41,664 bases of DNA. Origin: Actinomycetota bacterium (lineage in GTDB: Bacteria > Actinomycetota > Acidimicrobiia > Acidimicrobiales > WLNW01). The stretch covers positions 1 through 41,664 of the forward strand of contig JAYUFA010000138.1 of assembly GCA_043738925.1 (NCBI GenBank). Direction: 5' to 3'. Positions 1 to 8,619 of the stretch are shown here, piece by piece; the first letter of the stretch is position 1; each line of letters begins with the position of its first letter. The position numbers were made by a program, and so were the translations under genes. The notes under the pieces were generated by a model. The model saw only the letters and a list, made by a program, of their open reading frames with translations, made no database searches and had not been told where the DNA came from.

Positions 1-119
1 GCGATCTTGGCGCCTGCGGTGGCGAACCCGAGGGCCATTGCTCGTCCGAGACCGCGTGAACTGCCGGTGATGAGCGCAACACGTCCAGAAATGTCGAAGC
101 GGTCCCGGGGATCGTCCAC
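1..119 (-). CDS. short-chain dehydrogenase/reductase (SDR), N-terminal fragment running off the window edge
   Basis: Reverse-strand translation from GTG at 119 reads VDDPRDRFDISGRVALITGSSRGLGRAMALGFATAGAKIA. This contains the classical SDR TGxxxGxG Rossmann motif. The fragment is too short to appear in the ORF track. Confidence 0.6.
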   Translation of the reverse strand, partial: MDDPRDRFDISGRVALITGSSRGLGRAMALGFATAGAKI

Positions 120-149
120 GGCGCATGATGGCACAGGCCGGCCGACTCG

Positions 150-746
150 ATGCTAGAAACGTCGCCGCACGAATCCTTCGGAGCGAACACGCATCCGCAG
201 GGGTTGCTCAACGGAGGTTCGGACGTGGCAGAGAGTGATCAGGCGCGCGATGGCGCTCCGATGGGGCATGGCCAAAAGCAGCGCGATGTCATCCAAATGT
301 CGCCGGCCGAAATCGACGAGTTTCTTGCTGGTCGACGCAGCATGTCGATGGCTACGGTGAACAAGGACGGCTCGATCCACATGATTGCGATGTGGTACGG
401 CTTTCTTGAGGGATGCGTCGCCATTGAGTCGAAGGCGAAGGCCCAGAAGATCCTCAACCTGCGCCGCAACCCGAACATCACGATGATGGTCGAGGACGGC
501 GACTACTACGACGAGCTCCGCGGCGTGATGATCACGGGCACTGCCGAGATCGTCGATGATCCCGACCGCGTATTCGCACTGGGCGTCAGCGTGTTCGAGC
601 GCTACACCATGCCCTACACCGAGGCGATGAAGCCGGCGGTGCTGCAAATGCTCAACAAGCGCGTTGTCGTCAAGGTGACGCCGAAGAAGATCGCATCGTG
701 GGATCACGGCAAGCTCGGCCTACCGTCGATGCGGCCGAAGGCTTGA
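150..746 (+). CDS. PPOX-class (pyridoxamine 5'-phosphate oxidase-like) F420/FMN-binding oxidoreductase
   Basis: The segment MSPAEIDEFLAGRRSMSMATVNKDGSIHMIAMWYGF...RRNPNITMMVEDGDYYDELRGVMITGTAEIVDD is typical of the split-barrel PPOX family. The true start is probably an internal ATG at 261 or 297, because the first 37-49 aa look non-coding. Confidence 0.75.
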   Translation: MLETSPHESFGANTHPQGLLNGGSDVAESDQARDGAPMGHGQKQRDVIQMSPAEIDEFLAGRRSMSMATVNKDGSIHMIAMWYGFLEGCVAIESKAKAQKILNLRRNPNITMMVEDGDYYDELRGVMITGTAEIVDDPDRVFALGVSVFERYTMPYTEAMKPAVLQMLNKRVVVKVTPKKIASWDHGKLGLPSMRPKA

Positions 747-754
747 GCCAACCG

Positions 755-1231
755 TCAGTGTTGTAAGGGCACCCCGATATGGGCGTCGGCGAACTTCGCG
801 ATCGCCTTGGCGTCGATGGCCGAGCACGTGAGCTTGTAGGTCCACGCGGTCACCACCACGCGTGCAGGCAACGTGGGCTGCGGCGCGACCACGACGTGCT
901 CGCGTACCAATGGGTTCGCGACTGCCGCATCAGAAGTATCGCGGTACTGCACGAGCACATCACCACGCTCGAGGATGGCGACCTGGATGGCCGGCAGGAT
1001 CGGAGTGGTCACGACACCGTCAGGCGGCGGGGTACCGAGGTGCGCGCCTGACGTCGGCGGGTCCGTCAGGTAGTGCGCTACCGCAGGATTGGTGACATGC
1101 AGGAGATGGTTCGGGTCGAGCGGCTCGCGTACCGGCACCCCGCACAGGCCGACGCGGGTGCCGCAGCCGGCGACCGTTATGCTCATCAGCCCCGCAGCCA
1201 GACAGCCGCAGATGGTGAGGGGGAGCCGCAT
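755..1231 (-). CDS. DUF3105-like secreted lipoprotein
   Basis: The 226-aa track ORF was trimmed to ATG at 1231. MRLPLTICGCLAAGLMSITVAGC is a lipoprotein signal with a lipobox Cys. YLTDPPTSGAH...ILERGDVLVQY resembles the DUF3105 core. The upstream part of the ORF is Ser/Arg-rich junk and overlaps the + strand gene. Confidence 0.65.
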   Translation of the reverse strand: MRLPLTICGCLAAGLMSITVAGCGTRVGLCGVPVREPLDPNHLLHVTNPAVAHYLTDPPTSGAHLGTPPPDGVVTTPILPAIQVAILERGDVLVQYRDTSDAAVANPLVREHVVVAPQPTLPARVVVTAWTYKLTCSAIDAKAIAKFADAHIGVPLQH

Positions 1232-1250
1232 CGCTTCGTACACTACGGCT

Positions 1251-1541
1251 ATGTCCCGCAAGATGGTCGAGCAGCGACTGATCGATGTGAGCAGTCGTAT
1301 GAAGCGGCTCGCGGACGAGCGGCGCATAGCCGAAGAGCAACTCGCGCACTTCGCCCATGAGGCAGAAGACGCTCGCATTCGCGCATTGGTCGCCGAAACA
1401 CCGGTTGCCGAACGCGAGCACCGCGACGCCAACAAGCACGCGGTGGCGATGCGACGTCACCGCGACGAAGTGGTGGCCGAACTGGTGTTGCTCGAGAACT
1501 TACAGAACGAGTTGCTCGACCGTCTCATGGTCGAGTGGTGA
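1251..1541 (+). CDS. small coiled-coil protein (96 aa), function unknown
   Basis: The track ORF 1089..1541 was trimmed to ATG 1251. MSRKMVEQRLIDVSSRMKRLADERRIAEEQLAHFAHEAEDARIRALV... has a heptad-like charged pattern. Its stop overlaps the start of the ANTAR regulator (GTG 1535/1538 versus TGA 1539-1541). Confidence 0.5.
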   Translation: MSRKMVEQRLIDVSSRMKRLADERRIAEEQLAHFAHEAEDARIRALVAETPVAEREHRDANKHAVAMRRHRDEVVAELVLLENLQNELLDRLMVEW

Positions 1542-2137
1542 GCGAGAACGCAGACGCCCCTAGCCGCGCGGTGCGCGTTGTCATCGCCGAAGACGAAGCG
1601 ATCATCCGCCTCGATCTGCGCGAGACGCTGGAGGCCGAGGGGTATGAGGTGGTGGCGGACTGCGGTCGCGGTGACATCGCGATCGAGCTCGTGCGCGAGC
1701 TGCGCCCTGATGTCGTCATCCTCGACATCAAGATGCCGGGGCTTGATGGCATCGAGACCTGTCGGCGGCTGAGTCGCGAGCGCGACGCCGCGGTGGTGCT
1801 GCTCACGGCGTTCAGCCAGCGCGACCTGATCGAGCAGGCTCGTGATGCTGGTGCACTTGCATACCTGGTAAAGCCGTTCAGTCGTCGCGAGCTGGTGCCC
1901 GCCGTGGAAATAGCCATCGCACGCCACGCCGAGCTGAAGGCGCTTTCCGAGCACGCCGACACGCTCGCCGAGCGACTCGAGACCCGCAAGGTCATCGACC
2001 GCGCCAAGGGCCTGCTCATCGACCGAGACGGCCTGTCGGAGAACGAGGCGTTCGCCTTGATACAACAGCGGGCGATGAGCGCGCGTACCACCATGCGCAA
2101 GGTTGCCGACGACATCTTGGCGGCCGACGCTCCTTGA
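1535..2137 (+). CDS. pdtaR: ANTAR-domain response regulator (PdtaR-like RNA-binding antiterminator)
   Basis: Receiver domain (VVIAEDEAIIR..., DVVILDIKMPGLDG, LLTAF, KPF) followed by an ANTAR helix bundle (RKVIDRAKGLLIDRDGLSENEAFALIQQRAMSARTTMRKVADDI). Its position upstream of polA matches mycobacterial synteny. Confidence 0.9.
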   Translation: MVSENADAPSRAVRVVIAEDEAIIRLDLRETLEAEGYEVVADCGRGDIAIELVRELRPDVVILDIKMPGLDGIETCRRLSRERDAAVVLLTAFSQRDLIEQARDAGALAYLVKPFSRRELVPAVEIAIARHAELKALSEHADTLAERLETRKVIDRAKGLLIDRDGLSENEAFALIQQRAMSARTTMRKVADDILAADAP

Positions 2138-2150
2138 GCACAGAGATAGG

Positions 2151-4850
2151 GTGCACGCCGTGGCCAAGCTGATGCTCATCGACGGCAACTCGCTGACCTA
2201 CCGCGCCTTTTTTGCGCTCCCTACTGACATGGCCACAGCGTCGGGTCAGGTCACCAATGCCGTGTTCGGGTTCACTTCGATGCTCATCAACCTGCTGCGC
2301 GACCATCAGCCCGATCACGTTGCCGTTACGTTTGATCGTCCCGAGCCGACGTTTCGCCACGAAGCGGTGGCTGAATACAAGGCCAATCGAGTTGCCGCCC
2401 CCGACATCCTCCGCCAGCAGATGGGTCTGGTGCGCCAAGTGGTCGAGGCGTTGGCGATCCCCATCGTCGACCTGGCCGGTATCGAGGCCGACGACCTCAT
2501 CGCCACACTCGCAACGCAGGCTCGCGATCAGGGCGTTGAGACGATCATCGTCACCGGCGACCGCGACAGCTATCAGCTGGTCGAGGACCCGTTCATCAAG
2601 GTCCTCTACAACAAGCGCGGCGTGAGCGACTACGCGTTCTACGACGAAGCCGGCATCCGCGAACGCACTGGCGTGACGCCCCGCGACTACGTCGCCTACG
2701 CCGCGTTGCGAGGCGATCCGAGCGACAACCTCGCGGGTGCGAACGGCGTCGGCGAGAAGACGGCGGCCAAGCTGATCAACACCTACGGTGATATCGACGG
2801 CATCTACGAGAACCTCGCGGCCCAGACCCCGAAGCTGCGTGAAAACCTCGTCGAGGCCGAGCAGCGCGTGCGGCGCAACCTGTCGATCATGGAGCTGCTT
2901 CGCGACGTGCCGCTCCCCGTGGCACCCGAAGATCTGCGTATGGGCGAACCCGACATGGTCGAGGTCAAGCGGCTGTTCGATTTCCTCGAGTTCCGTACGT
3001 TGCTCGATCGTCTCCGCGAGGCGCTCGCCACGCTCAGCGGCACCGAGGTTCACGTCGCACCGTCCGCGACCACAGCGGTGCTCGAAGCCGAGGTGCTCCG
3101 CACCGAGACGCCCGCGGAGGCCACGGCCGCGTTGTTGGCGTTGGCTTGTGTCTCGGGCACGCTCGCCATCGGCACCGCTGATGCCGCGGGCACCGACGGG
3201 CTCGCGTTCGTGCGCGACGTTGCTACGGCCGACGTGGTGTTCGTGCCCGTCGAGTACCTCGCCGATCCGGGTACCCATCGCGCTCTTGCCACTCTGTTGG
3301 GTTCGGGCGGTCGTCCGACGGCGTTGCACGACGCCAAGGCGCTGATGGTCTCGTTGCAACGCCGTCATGACATCGACGTCCGCACGCTCGCGCTCGATAC
3401 CGCTATCGCCGCCTACCTGCTCGATCCGGCTGACGCCCGGTACGACCTCGGCGAGCTCGTCGTGCGCTACGTGAACGCCGAGCTTCTCACCGGGACCGGT
3501 GCACCAGCTGGTCAGCTCGACTTCGACAGCGTGTCCGTGCCGTCGTCGCAAGAAGCTGGCCGGCGCGCGTTGGCTGTCGCCAGGCTTATCGACCCGATCG
3601 AAGCAGCGCTCGACGCACAAGACCTGCGCGCGTTGAACAACGACATCGAGGTGCCGTTGGTGCGCGTGCTCGCGAACATGGAGATCGTCGGTGTCGGTGT
3701 CGACGAGGTCGAACTGCGCGCGCTGCGAGACCACCTTGTGCAGGAGTGCGAGCGATTGCGCGCACTCGTCCTCGCGGACGCGGGTGTCGACTTCAACGTG
3801 AACTCCACCAAGCAACTCGGCGAAGTGTTGTTCGAGCGACTTGGTCTCGCGCCGCAAAAGAAGACGAAGACGGGTTACTCGACGGACGCGCAGAACCTCG
3901 AGAAGCTGCGCGGCGACCATCCGATCATCGAACATCTCCTCGACTATCGCGAGGTCGAGAAGCTGCGCTCGACCTACGGCGAAGGTCTCCTCGCCTTTGT
4001 CGGGCCCGATCACCGTATCCACGCCACGTTCAACCAGACCGTTGCCCGCACGGGTCGGCTCTCGAGCGACCAACCGAACCTGCACAACATTCCCGTGCGA
4101 AGTGAGATCGGCCGAACGTTTCGCAAGGCGTTCGTACCCGCAGAGGGCTTTGAGCTGCTCGTCGCCGACTACAACCAGATCGAGCTGCGCTGCATAGCGC
4201 ACCTCGCTGAAGACCCTGGACTCGTCGGCGCGTTCACCGCGGGTGAAGACATCCACAACGCGACCGCATCACGTGTGTTCCACGTTGCGCCGGAAGCGGT
4301 CACGACCGAACAACGCGCCAAGGCCAAGATGGTGAGCTACGGCCTTGCCTATGGCATGGAGGCCTACGGCCTCGGTCAGCGGCTGGGTATCGCGACGAGC
4401 GAAGCCGCGGGGATTCTCGACGCCTACTTCGTCGCGTTCCCGTCGGTGAGGAGCTACATGGAGCGCACCGTGGCCGAAGCGCGTTCGCGTGGCTATACCG
4501 AGACGTTGTTCGGTCGTCGCCGCCAGATCCCCGAGCTGTCGTCAGGCAACTTCCGCATCCGCCAAGCCGGCGAGCGTCAGGCGATGAATGCCGGCATTCA
4601 GGGGCTCGCCGCCGACATCTTCAAGGTGGCACTCGTGCGCCTCGATCGGGCGCTCGAAGCCCGTGGACCGGCCAGTCGTAGCCGCGTCGTGCTGCAGGTG
4701 CACGACGAGATCGTGCTGGAGGTCAGCCCCGACGAGCGTGAGGAGATCGTCGACCTCACGGTGTCGACCATGCGCGGCGCGTACGCCATGCGCGTGCCGC
4801 TCGAGGTCAACGTGTCGATCGGCGCCACTTGGGCCGCGGCAAAGGGCTGA
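2151..4850 (+). CDS. polA: DNA polymerase I
   Basis: 5'-nuclease domain (LIDGNSLTYRAFFAL, GDRDSYQL), a 3'-5' exo-like region and pol motifs (ADYNQIELRCIAHLAEDP, QVHDEIVLE, KMVSYGLAYGM). A GTG start at 2151 is preferred over the track start 2103, which overlaps pdtaR. ATG 2172 is an alternative. Confidence 0.97.
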   Translation: MHAVAKLMLIDGNSLTYRAFFALPTDMATASGQVTNAVFGFTSMLINLLRDHQPDHVAVTFDRPEPTFRHEAVAEYKANRVAAPDILRQQMGLVRQVVEALAIPIVDLAGIEADDLIATLATQARDQGVETIIVTGDRDSYQLVEDPFIKVLYNKRGVSDYAFYDEAGIRERTGVTPRDYVAYAALRGDPSDNLAGANGVGEKTAAKLINTYGDIDGIYENLAAQTPKLRENLVEAEQRVRRNLSIMELLRDVPLPVAPEDLRMGEPDMVEVKRLFDFLEFRTLLDRLREALATLSGTEVHVAPSATTAVLEAEVLRTETPAEATAALLALACVSGTLAIGTADAAGTDGLAFVRDVATADVVFVPVEYLADPGTHRALATLLGSGGRPTALHDAKALMVSLQRRHDIDVRTLALDTAIAAYLLDPADARYDLGELVVRYVNAELLTGTGAPAGQLDFDSVSVPSSQEAGRRALAVARLIDPIEAALDAQDLRALNNDIEVPLVRVLANMEIVGVGVDEVELRALRDHLVQECERLRALVLADAGVDFNVNSTKQLGEVLFERLGLAPQKKTKTGYSTDAQNLEKLRGDHPIIEHLLDYREVEKLRSTYGEGLLAFVGPDHRIHATFNQTVARTGRLSSDQPNLHNIPVRSEIGRTFRKAFVPAEGFELLVADYNQIELRCIAHLAEDPGLVGAFTAGEDIHNATASRVFHVAPEAVTTEQRAKAKMVSYGLAYGMEAYGLGQRLGIATSEAAGILDAYFVAFPSVRSYMERTVAEARSRGYTETLFGRRRQIPELSSGNFRIRQAGERQAMNAGIQGLAADIFKVALVRLDRALEARGPASRSRVVLQVHDEIVLEVSPDEREEIVDLTVSTMRGAYAMRVPLEVNVSIGATWAAAKG

Positions 4851-4956
4851 GCAGAGCGAAGCGCCCGACGAGTCGCTCAACCTGGGCAGCGCAGCTGTCG
4901 ATGCCCTGGGTGAGCAGTCGCACGGTGCGACCGTTGGGCGACCGAATCGAGGTGCG

Positions 4957-5133
4957 ATGGGCGCCAGTTCGTACGAGAAGTCCGGCTTCCGCCTTGGATG
5001 GTTCATCGTCGTCCTCGTGATCATGGCGGCGCTGGCGAGTGGCGCAACCGCGCTCGCTACCTCGGACAAATGCGGTGCGTACAGCTCTGCGAAACACTGG
5101 CAGTATTTCCCTCCCCACTGGGTGTGCGGGTAG
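4957..5133 (+). CDS. possible small single-pass membrane protein (58 aa)
   Basis: This is the 3' part of track ORF 4588..5133, whose 5' part overlaps polA. MGASSYEKSGFRLGWFIVVLVIMAALASGATALA has one hydrophobic helix and is followed by a Cys/Trp-containing tail. No family was recognised. Confidence 0.3.
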   Translation: MGASSYEKSGFRLGWFIVVLVIMAALASGATALATSDKCGAYSSAKHWQYFPPHWVCG

Positions 5134-5212
5134 GAACCTGCACCAACGACCCGTGCCGACAGGCGAGGGCGACCGAGCAGCCCAGCGCTGCCCCTCGGTA
5201 CAGTCGCCAGCC

Positions 5213-5950
5213 ATGGCGGGCTCGCATTGGTTCGAGGAGTTGGCCGACCACATGGGCCCGGCCGACTTGCGGTATTCGTTCACCTACGGCACCGAGCAGG
5301 AGGTCGGGTTCCTGATCGACGCGCTCGGCCTCGAACCTGGTATGCGCGTGCTCGATGTCGGCTGCGGTCCGGGCCGCCACGCATACGCTCTCGCACGGCG
5401 TGGCATCGCGGTGCATGGCGTCGATATCTCACAGCGATTCGTCGACTTGGCCCGCGCGTCGGCGCCTCCTGGCGCCACCTTCGAGCGCGCTGACGCCCGA
5501 ACCCTCGCCTATGACGGCATGTTCGATGCGGTGATCTCGTTGTGCCAGGGTGCCTTCGGTCTGGCTGCGCTTCCCGGTGCCCCATTTGGTGACGATCCCG
5601 ACGGCACGATCCTGCACTGCATCGCCCGCGCGGTTCGGCCGGGCGGTCGCGTGGCAGTCAGTGCCTTCTCGGCATATTTCCAGATCGTCCATGCTCTTGA
5701 GGGAGCGACCTTTGACGCCGATTCAGGCGTGAGCCATGAATGGACCGAGATACGAAACTCGGTGGGCGCCGCGGTCGATATCGAGCTCTGGACGAGCTGC
5801 TTCACCCCGCGTGAGCTGCGGCTGTTGGCTCTTGCCGCTGGGTTGGCCCCCGAAGCGGTGTGGGCGGTGCGCCCCGGCGAATACGCCCGCAACGCGCCTG
5901 ACCTCGAACACGAGGAGTTCCTTCTCGTGGCGCGGCGGCCGTCACGATAG
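5213..5950 (+). CDS. class I SAM-dependent methyltransferase
   Basis: Track ORF trimmed to ATG 5213. Motif I VLDVGCGPGRHAYALARRG, then IAVHGVDIS and FDAVISL. Confidence 0.85.
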   Translation: MAGSHWFEELADHMGPADLRYSFTYGTEQEVGFLIDALGLEPGMRVLDVGCGPGRHAYALARRGIAVHGVDISQRFVDLARASAPPGATFERADARTLAYDGMFDAVISLCQGAFGLAALPGAPFGDDPDGTILHCIARAVRPGGRVAVSAFSAYFQIVHALEGATFDADSGVSHEWTEIRNSVGAAVDIELWTSCFTPRELRLLALAAGLAPEAVWAVRPGEYARNAPDLEHEEFLLVARRPSR

Positions 5951-6071
5951 GCTGAGGCCCAATTGGGCAAAGTGCCCACTCGATGCGTCTCGCCGATCAA
6001 GTGATCAGGGGCCATCCGATCCGAAGCAGTACTGCTCCAAGAAAGCTTTTCCTTTGTCCGAAGCTGCAACT

Positions 6072-7412
6072 ATGACGTCCACCGACCCCATCGCCATGGG
6101 GACATTCGACGACGAAGGGGTATACACGCCCCGAGTCATTGTGGAAAACGATCTCGCTGATGACGCACTTGATGAGGCCTACGCCGCGACCATGGTCATG
6201 GTCGAGGACGGCCAGATCGTCGAAGGCACCGTCGTCAAGGTCGACCAGGACGAAGTCCTGCTCGACATCGGGTACAAGTCCGAAGGCGTCATTCCCGCTC
6301 GCGAGCTGTCGATTCGTAACGATGTCGACCCGCATGAGGTGGTCAGCCTTGGCGAGCGCGTCGAAGCGCTCGTCCTGCAAAAAGAGGACAAAGAGGGTCG
6401 ACTGATCCTGTCGAAGAAGCGGGCCCAATACGAACGGGCCTGGGGCAAGATCGAAGAGATCAAGGCCCGCGATGGTGTGGTTTCCGGTCCGGTCATCGAG
6501 GTTGTCAAGGGCGGCCTCATCGTCGACATCGGCCTGCGCGGCTTCCTGCCGGCGTCGCTGGTCGAGCTGCGTCGCGTGCGCGACCTGCAGCCGTTCGTCG
6601 GCCGTGTGCTCGAGGCGAAGATCATCGAGCTCGACAAGAACCGAAACAATGTCGTGCTGTCGCGTCGTGCGTACCTCGAAGAGACGCAGAAGGACCAGCG
6701 CGAGCAGTTCCTCGACAATCTCAAGCCGGGCGAGGTCCGCAAAGGCGTCGTGTCATCGGTGGTCAACTTTGGTGCGTTCGTCGATCTTGGCGGTATGGAT
6801 GGCCTCATCCACGTGTCCGAGTTGTCGTGGAAGCACGTAGACCACCCCGGCTCGGTCGTGGCGGTTGGCGACGAGGTCACCGTGCAGGTGCTCGAGGTCG
6901 ACCTTGAGCGTGAGCGCATCAGCTTGTCGCTGAAGGCCACCCAGCAAGATCCGTGGCAGGCGTTCGCGTCGAACCATCGCGTGGGAGAACTCGTTTACGG
7001 CCGGGTCACCAAACTGGTGCCGTTCGGTGCGTTTGTCCAGGTCGGCGATGGTATCGAGGGTCTCGTTCACATCTCCGAGATGTCAGCGCATCACGTTGAC
7101 CTCCCCGAGCAAGTGGTCACCCCGGGCGAGGAGCTGTGGGTCAAGATCATCGATCTCGACCTCCAACGCCGCCGCATCAGCTTGTCGATCAAGCAGGCTG
7201 CAGAAGGTGGCATTGTGGCCGCCGAGTACCAGGAGCATTTCGGCGAGCACGCCTACGACGCTGAGGGCAACTACATCGGTACGCCGACCGAAGGCCAGCA
7301 GGCGTGGGAGGAATACTTCGCCGAGTATGGCGACCCCGCGGCCGAGGGCGCACCGGCCGAAGCTCCGGTCGTCGAGGCTGAGGCTGAGGCCGAGGCCGAC
7401 ATCACCGCCTGA
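6072..7412 (+). CDS. rpsA: 30S ribosomal protein S1
   Basis: Track ORF trimmed to ATG 6072. Four S1 OB-fold repeats (GTVVKVDQDEVLLDIGYKSEGVIP, GPVIEVVKGGLIVDIGLRGFLP, GVVSSVVNFGAFVDLGGMDGLIHVSE, GRVTKLVPFGAFVQVGDGIEGLVHISE) and an acidic EAEAEAEA tail. Confidence 0.97.
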   Translation: MTSTDPIAMGTFDDEGVYTPRVIVENDLADDALDEAYAATMVMVEDGQIVEGTVVKVDQDEVLLDIGYKSEGVIPARELSIRNDVDPHEVVSLGERVEALVLQKEDKEGRLILSKKRAQYERAWGKIEEIKARDGVVSGPVIEVVKGGLIVDIGLRGFLPASLVELRRVRDLQPFVGRVLEAKIIELDKNRNNVVLSRRAYLEETQKDQREQFLDNLKPGEVRKGVVSSVVNFGAFVDLGGMDGLIHVSELSWKHVDHPGSVVAVGDEVTVQVLEVDLERERISLSLKATQQDPWQAFASNHRVGELVYGRVTKLVPFGAFVQVGDGIEGLVHISEMSAHHVDLPEQVVTPGEELWVKIIDLDLQRRRISLSIKQAAEGGIVAAEYQEHFGEHAYDAEGNYIGTPTEGQQAWEEYFAEYGDPAAEGAPAEAPVVEAEAEAEADITA

Positions 7413-7466
7413 GAACGAGCGCCGATTGGTGACGCCCCGCCGGGTCGTCCAAGAACATCATTTCGA

Positions 7467-7504
7467 CAATGGGTCGCCTGAGCAGGGCGGCCCATTGCCG
7501 TTTT
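7467..7504 (+). terminator. rho-independent terminator after rpsA
   Basis: 12-bp stem caatgggtcgcc / ggcggcccattg (one G-U pair) with a 7-nt loop, followed by ccgtttt. Confidence 0.6.
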
Positions 7505-7697
7505 CACGCTGTTCGTCCGCGACGTTCAGGCACGCGCGCAGATCGTCACGAGATTTCGCTCAACGCACCGGCATTCGGTGCCGACGTTGATCGAGAGCCC
7601 AGTTGGCGACTGTCGTGAGCCGACGAGAGTCCTCAACTTGGGCGAGACGGGTCCGAAAAGACTTCAGATCCGATGTCTCACGAGGAACGAGGTCGCG

Positions 7698-8618
7698 GTG
7701 AGTTCTCGCAGAACGATGGTGCTGATCGCGGCGATCGCCATGGGCGCGCTTGCCGCATTCGTACTTCGGAACTACATCCATGATCAGGAGCAGAAGGCGA
7801 ACCCGAACCCGGTGGACGTCTGGGTTATCACCGCTGACCTGAAGCGCGGCGAACCGTTCACCTCGGCCAAGGCTGCCATCAAGAAGCAGACGATGCCGGT
7901 CAAGTACCGGCCCTCGACGTTCGTCGAAGACCTCAAGTCCCTCGAAGGCAAGGTCGCGGCGACGAACCTCGCCGCGAACCAGGTTCTGGTCAAGGACATG
8001 TTCGTCGGGTCAGATCTTGCAGCCAGTGGCCTACGGGAGCGCCTTGGTGCGGGCATGGTCGCTATCGCCGTGCCGATCGAAGGCGTACGAGCGGTCGGTG
8101 GTTTGCTGCAACCGGGCGACGAGGTCAACATCATGGTGGCACCGAAGGGGACTGATGCTCCGGCCGCGGCTCCGGCTACACCCGGCACGTCCGGCGGCGT
8201 CGACCCGACCAAGTCGCCCTACCTGACGGCTTCGCGGTACCTCTATCAGCAAGTGCGCATCTTGAGCATCGGCTCGTCGGTGCGTCCGCAACCGGGCGAG
8301 GTTGCTGTGGCGAGCACCGCGGCTGCCTCGTCGACCGTTGCGGTCAGCGGCGGTTCGATCGTGTTCGAGGTGCCGCCCGACGCCGCTCAGATCATCGCAT
8401 CGATCGACCCCAGCACCTTCTATCTGACCCTGATCCCGAAGAGTTGGGCGCTCACCTCGCTGCCGGCGTTCAAGCCCGAGACCGTGAAGAACGGCGCAGT
8501 ACTGCCGGGTGAGGACCCCGCGAGGCTCACCCCCTATGGCCCGAAGGGGTACACGACCGGTGCCGTTGGCACCACCTCGGGTGCGACTGCACCCCCCACA
8601 ACCGCAAAGGCCAACTGA
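7698..8618 (+). CDS. cpaB: Flp pilus assembly protein CpaB/RcpC (SAF-domain)
   Basis: N-terminal TM (MVLIAAIAMGALAAFVL), a SAF-like segment (VDVWVITADLKRGEPFT...VKDMF) and a C-terminal beta domain. First gene of the tad operon. GTG 7698 has a GAGG-rich upstream region. ATG 7716 is an alternative. Confidence 0.8.
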   Translation: MSSRRTMVLIAAIAMGALAAFVLRNYIHDQEQKANPNPVDVWVITADLKRGEPFTSAKAAIKKQTMPVKYRPSTFVEDLKSLEGKVAATNLAANQVLVKDMFVGSDLAASGLRERLGAGMVAIAVPIEGVRAVGGLLQPGDEVNIMVAPKGTDAPAAAPATPGTSGGVDPTKSPYLTASRYLYQQVRILSIGSSVRPQPGEVAVASTAAASSTVAVSGGSIVFEVPPDAAQIIASIDPSTFYLTLIPKSWALTSLPAFKPETVKNGAVLPGEDPARLTPYGPKGYTTGAVGTTSGATAPPTTAKAN

Positions 8619-8619
8619 C

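Noticed and set aside
2016-4256. 746-aa ORF antisense to polA
   Set aside because: It is Arg/Val/Asp-rich with no recognisable motifs, and it lies fully opposite a certain polA frame. This is a typical stop-poor antisense frame of high-GC DNA.
5736-6071. N-terminal 112-aa extension of the rpsA ORF in the track
   Set aside because: The extension overlaps the methyltransferase gene and is Arg/Ser/Cys/Trp-rich. S1 homology begins just after ATG 6072.
7374-7397. GAGGCT/GAGGCC hexanucleotide tandem repeat
   Set aside because: It lies in frame inside rpsA and encodes the acidic EAEAEAEA C-terminal tail. It is not an independent repeat element.
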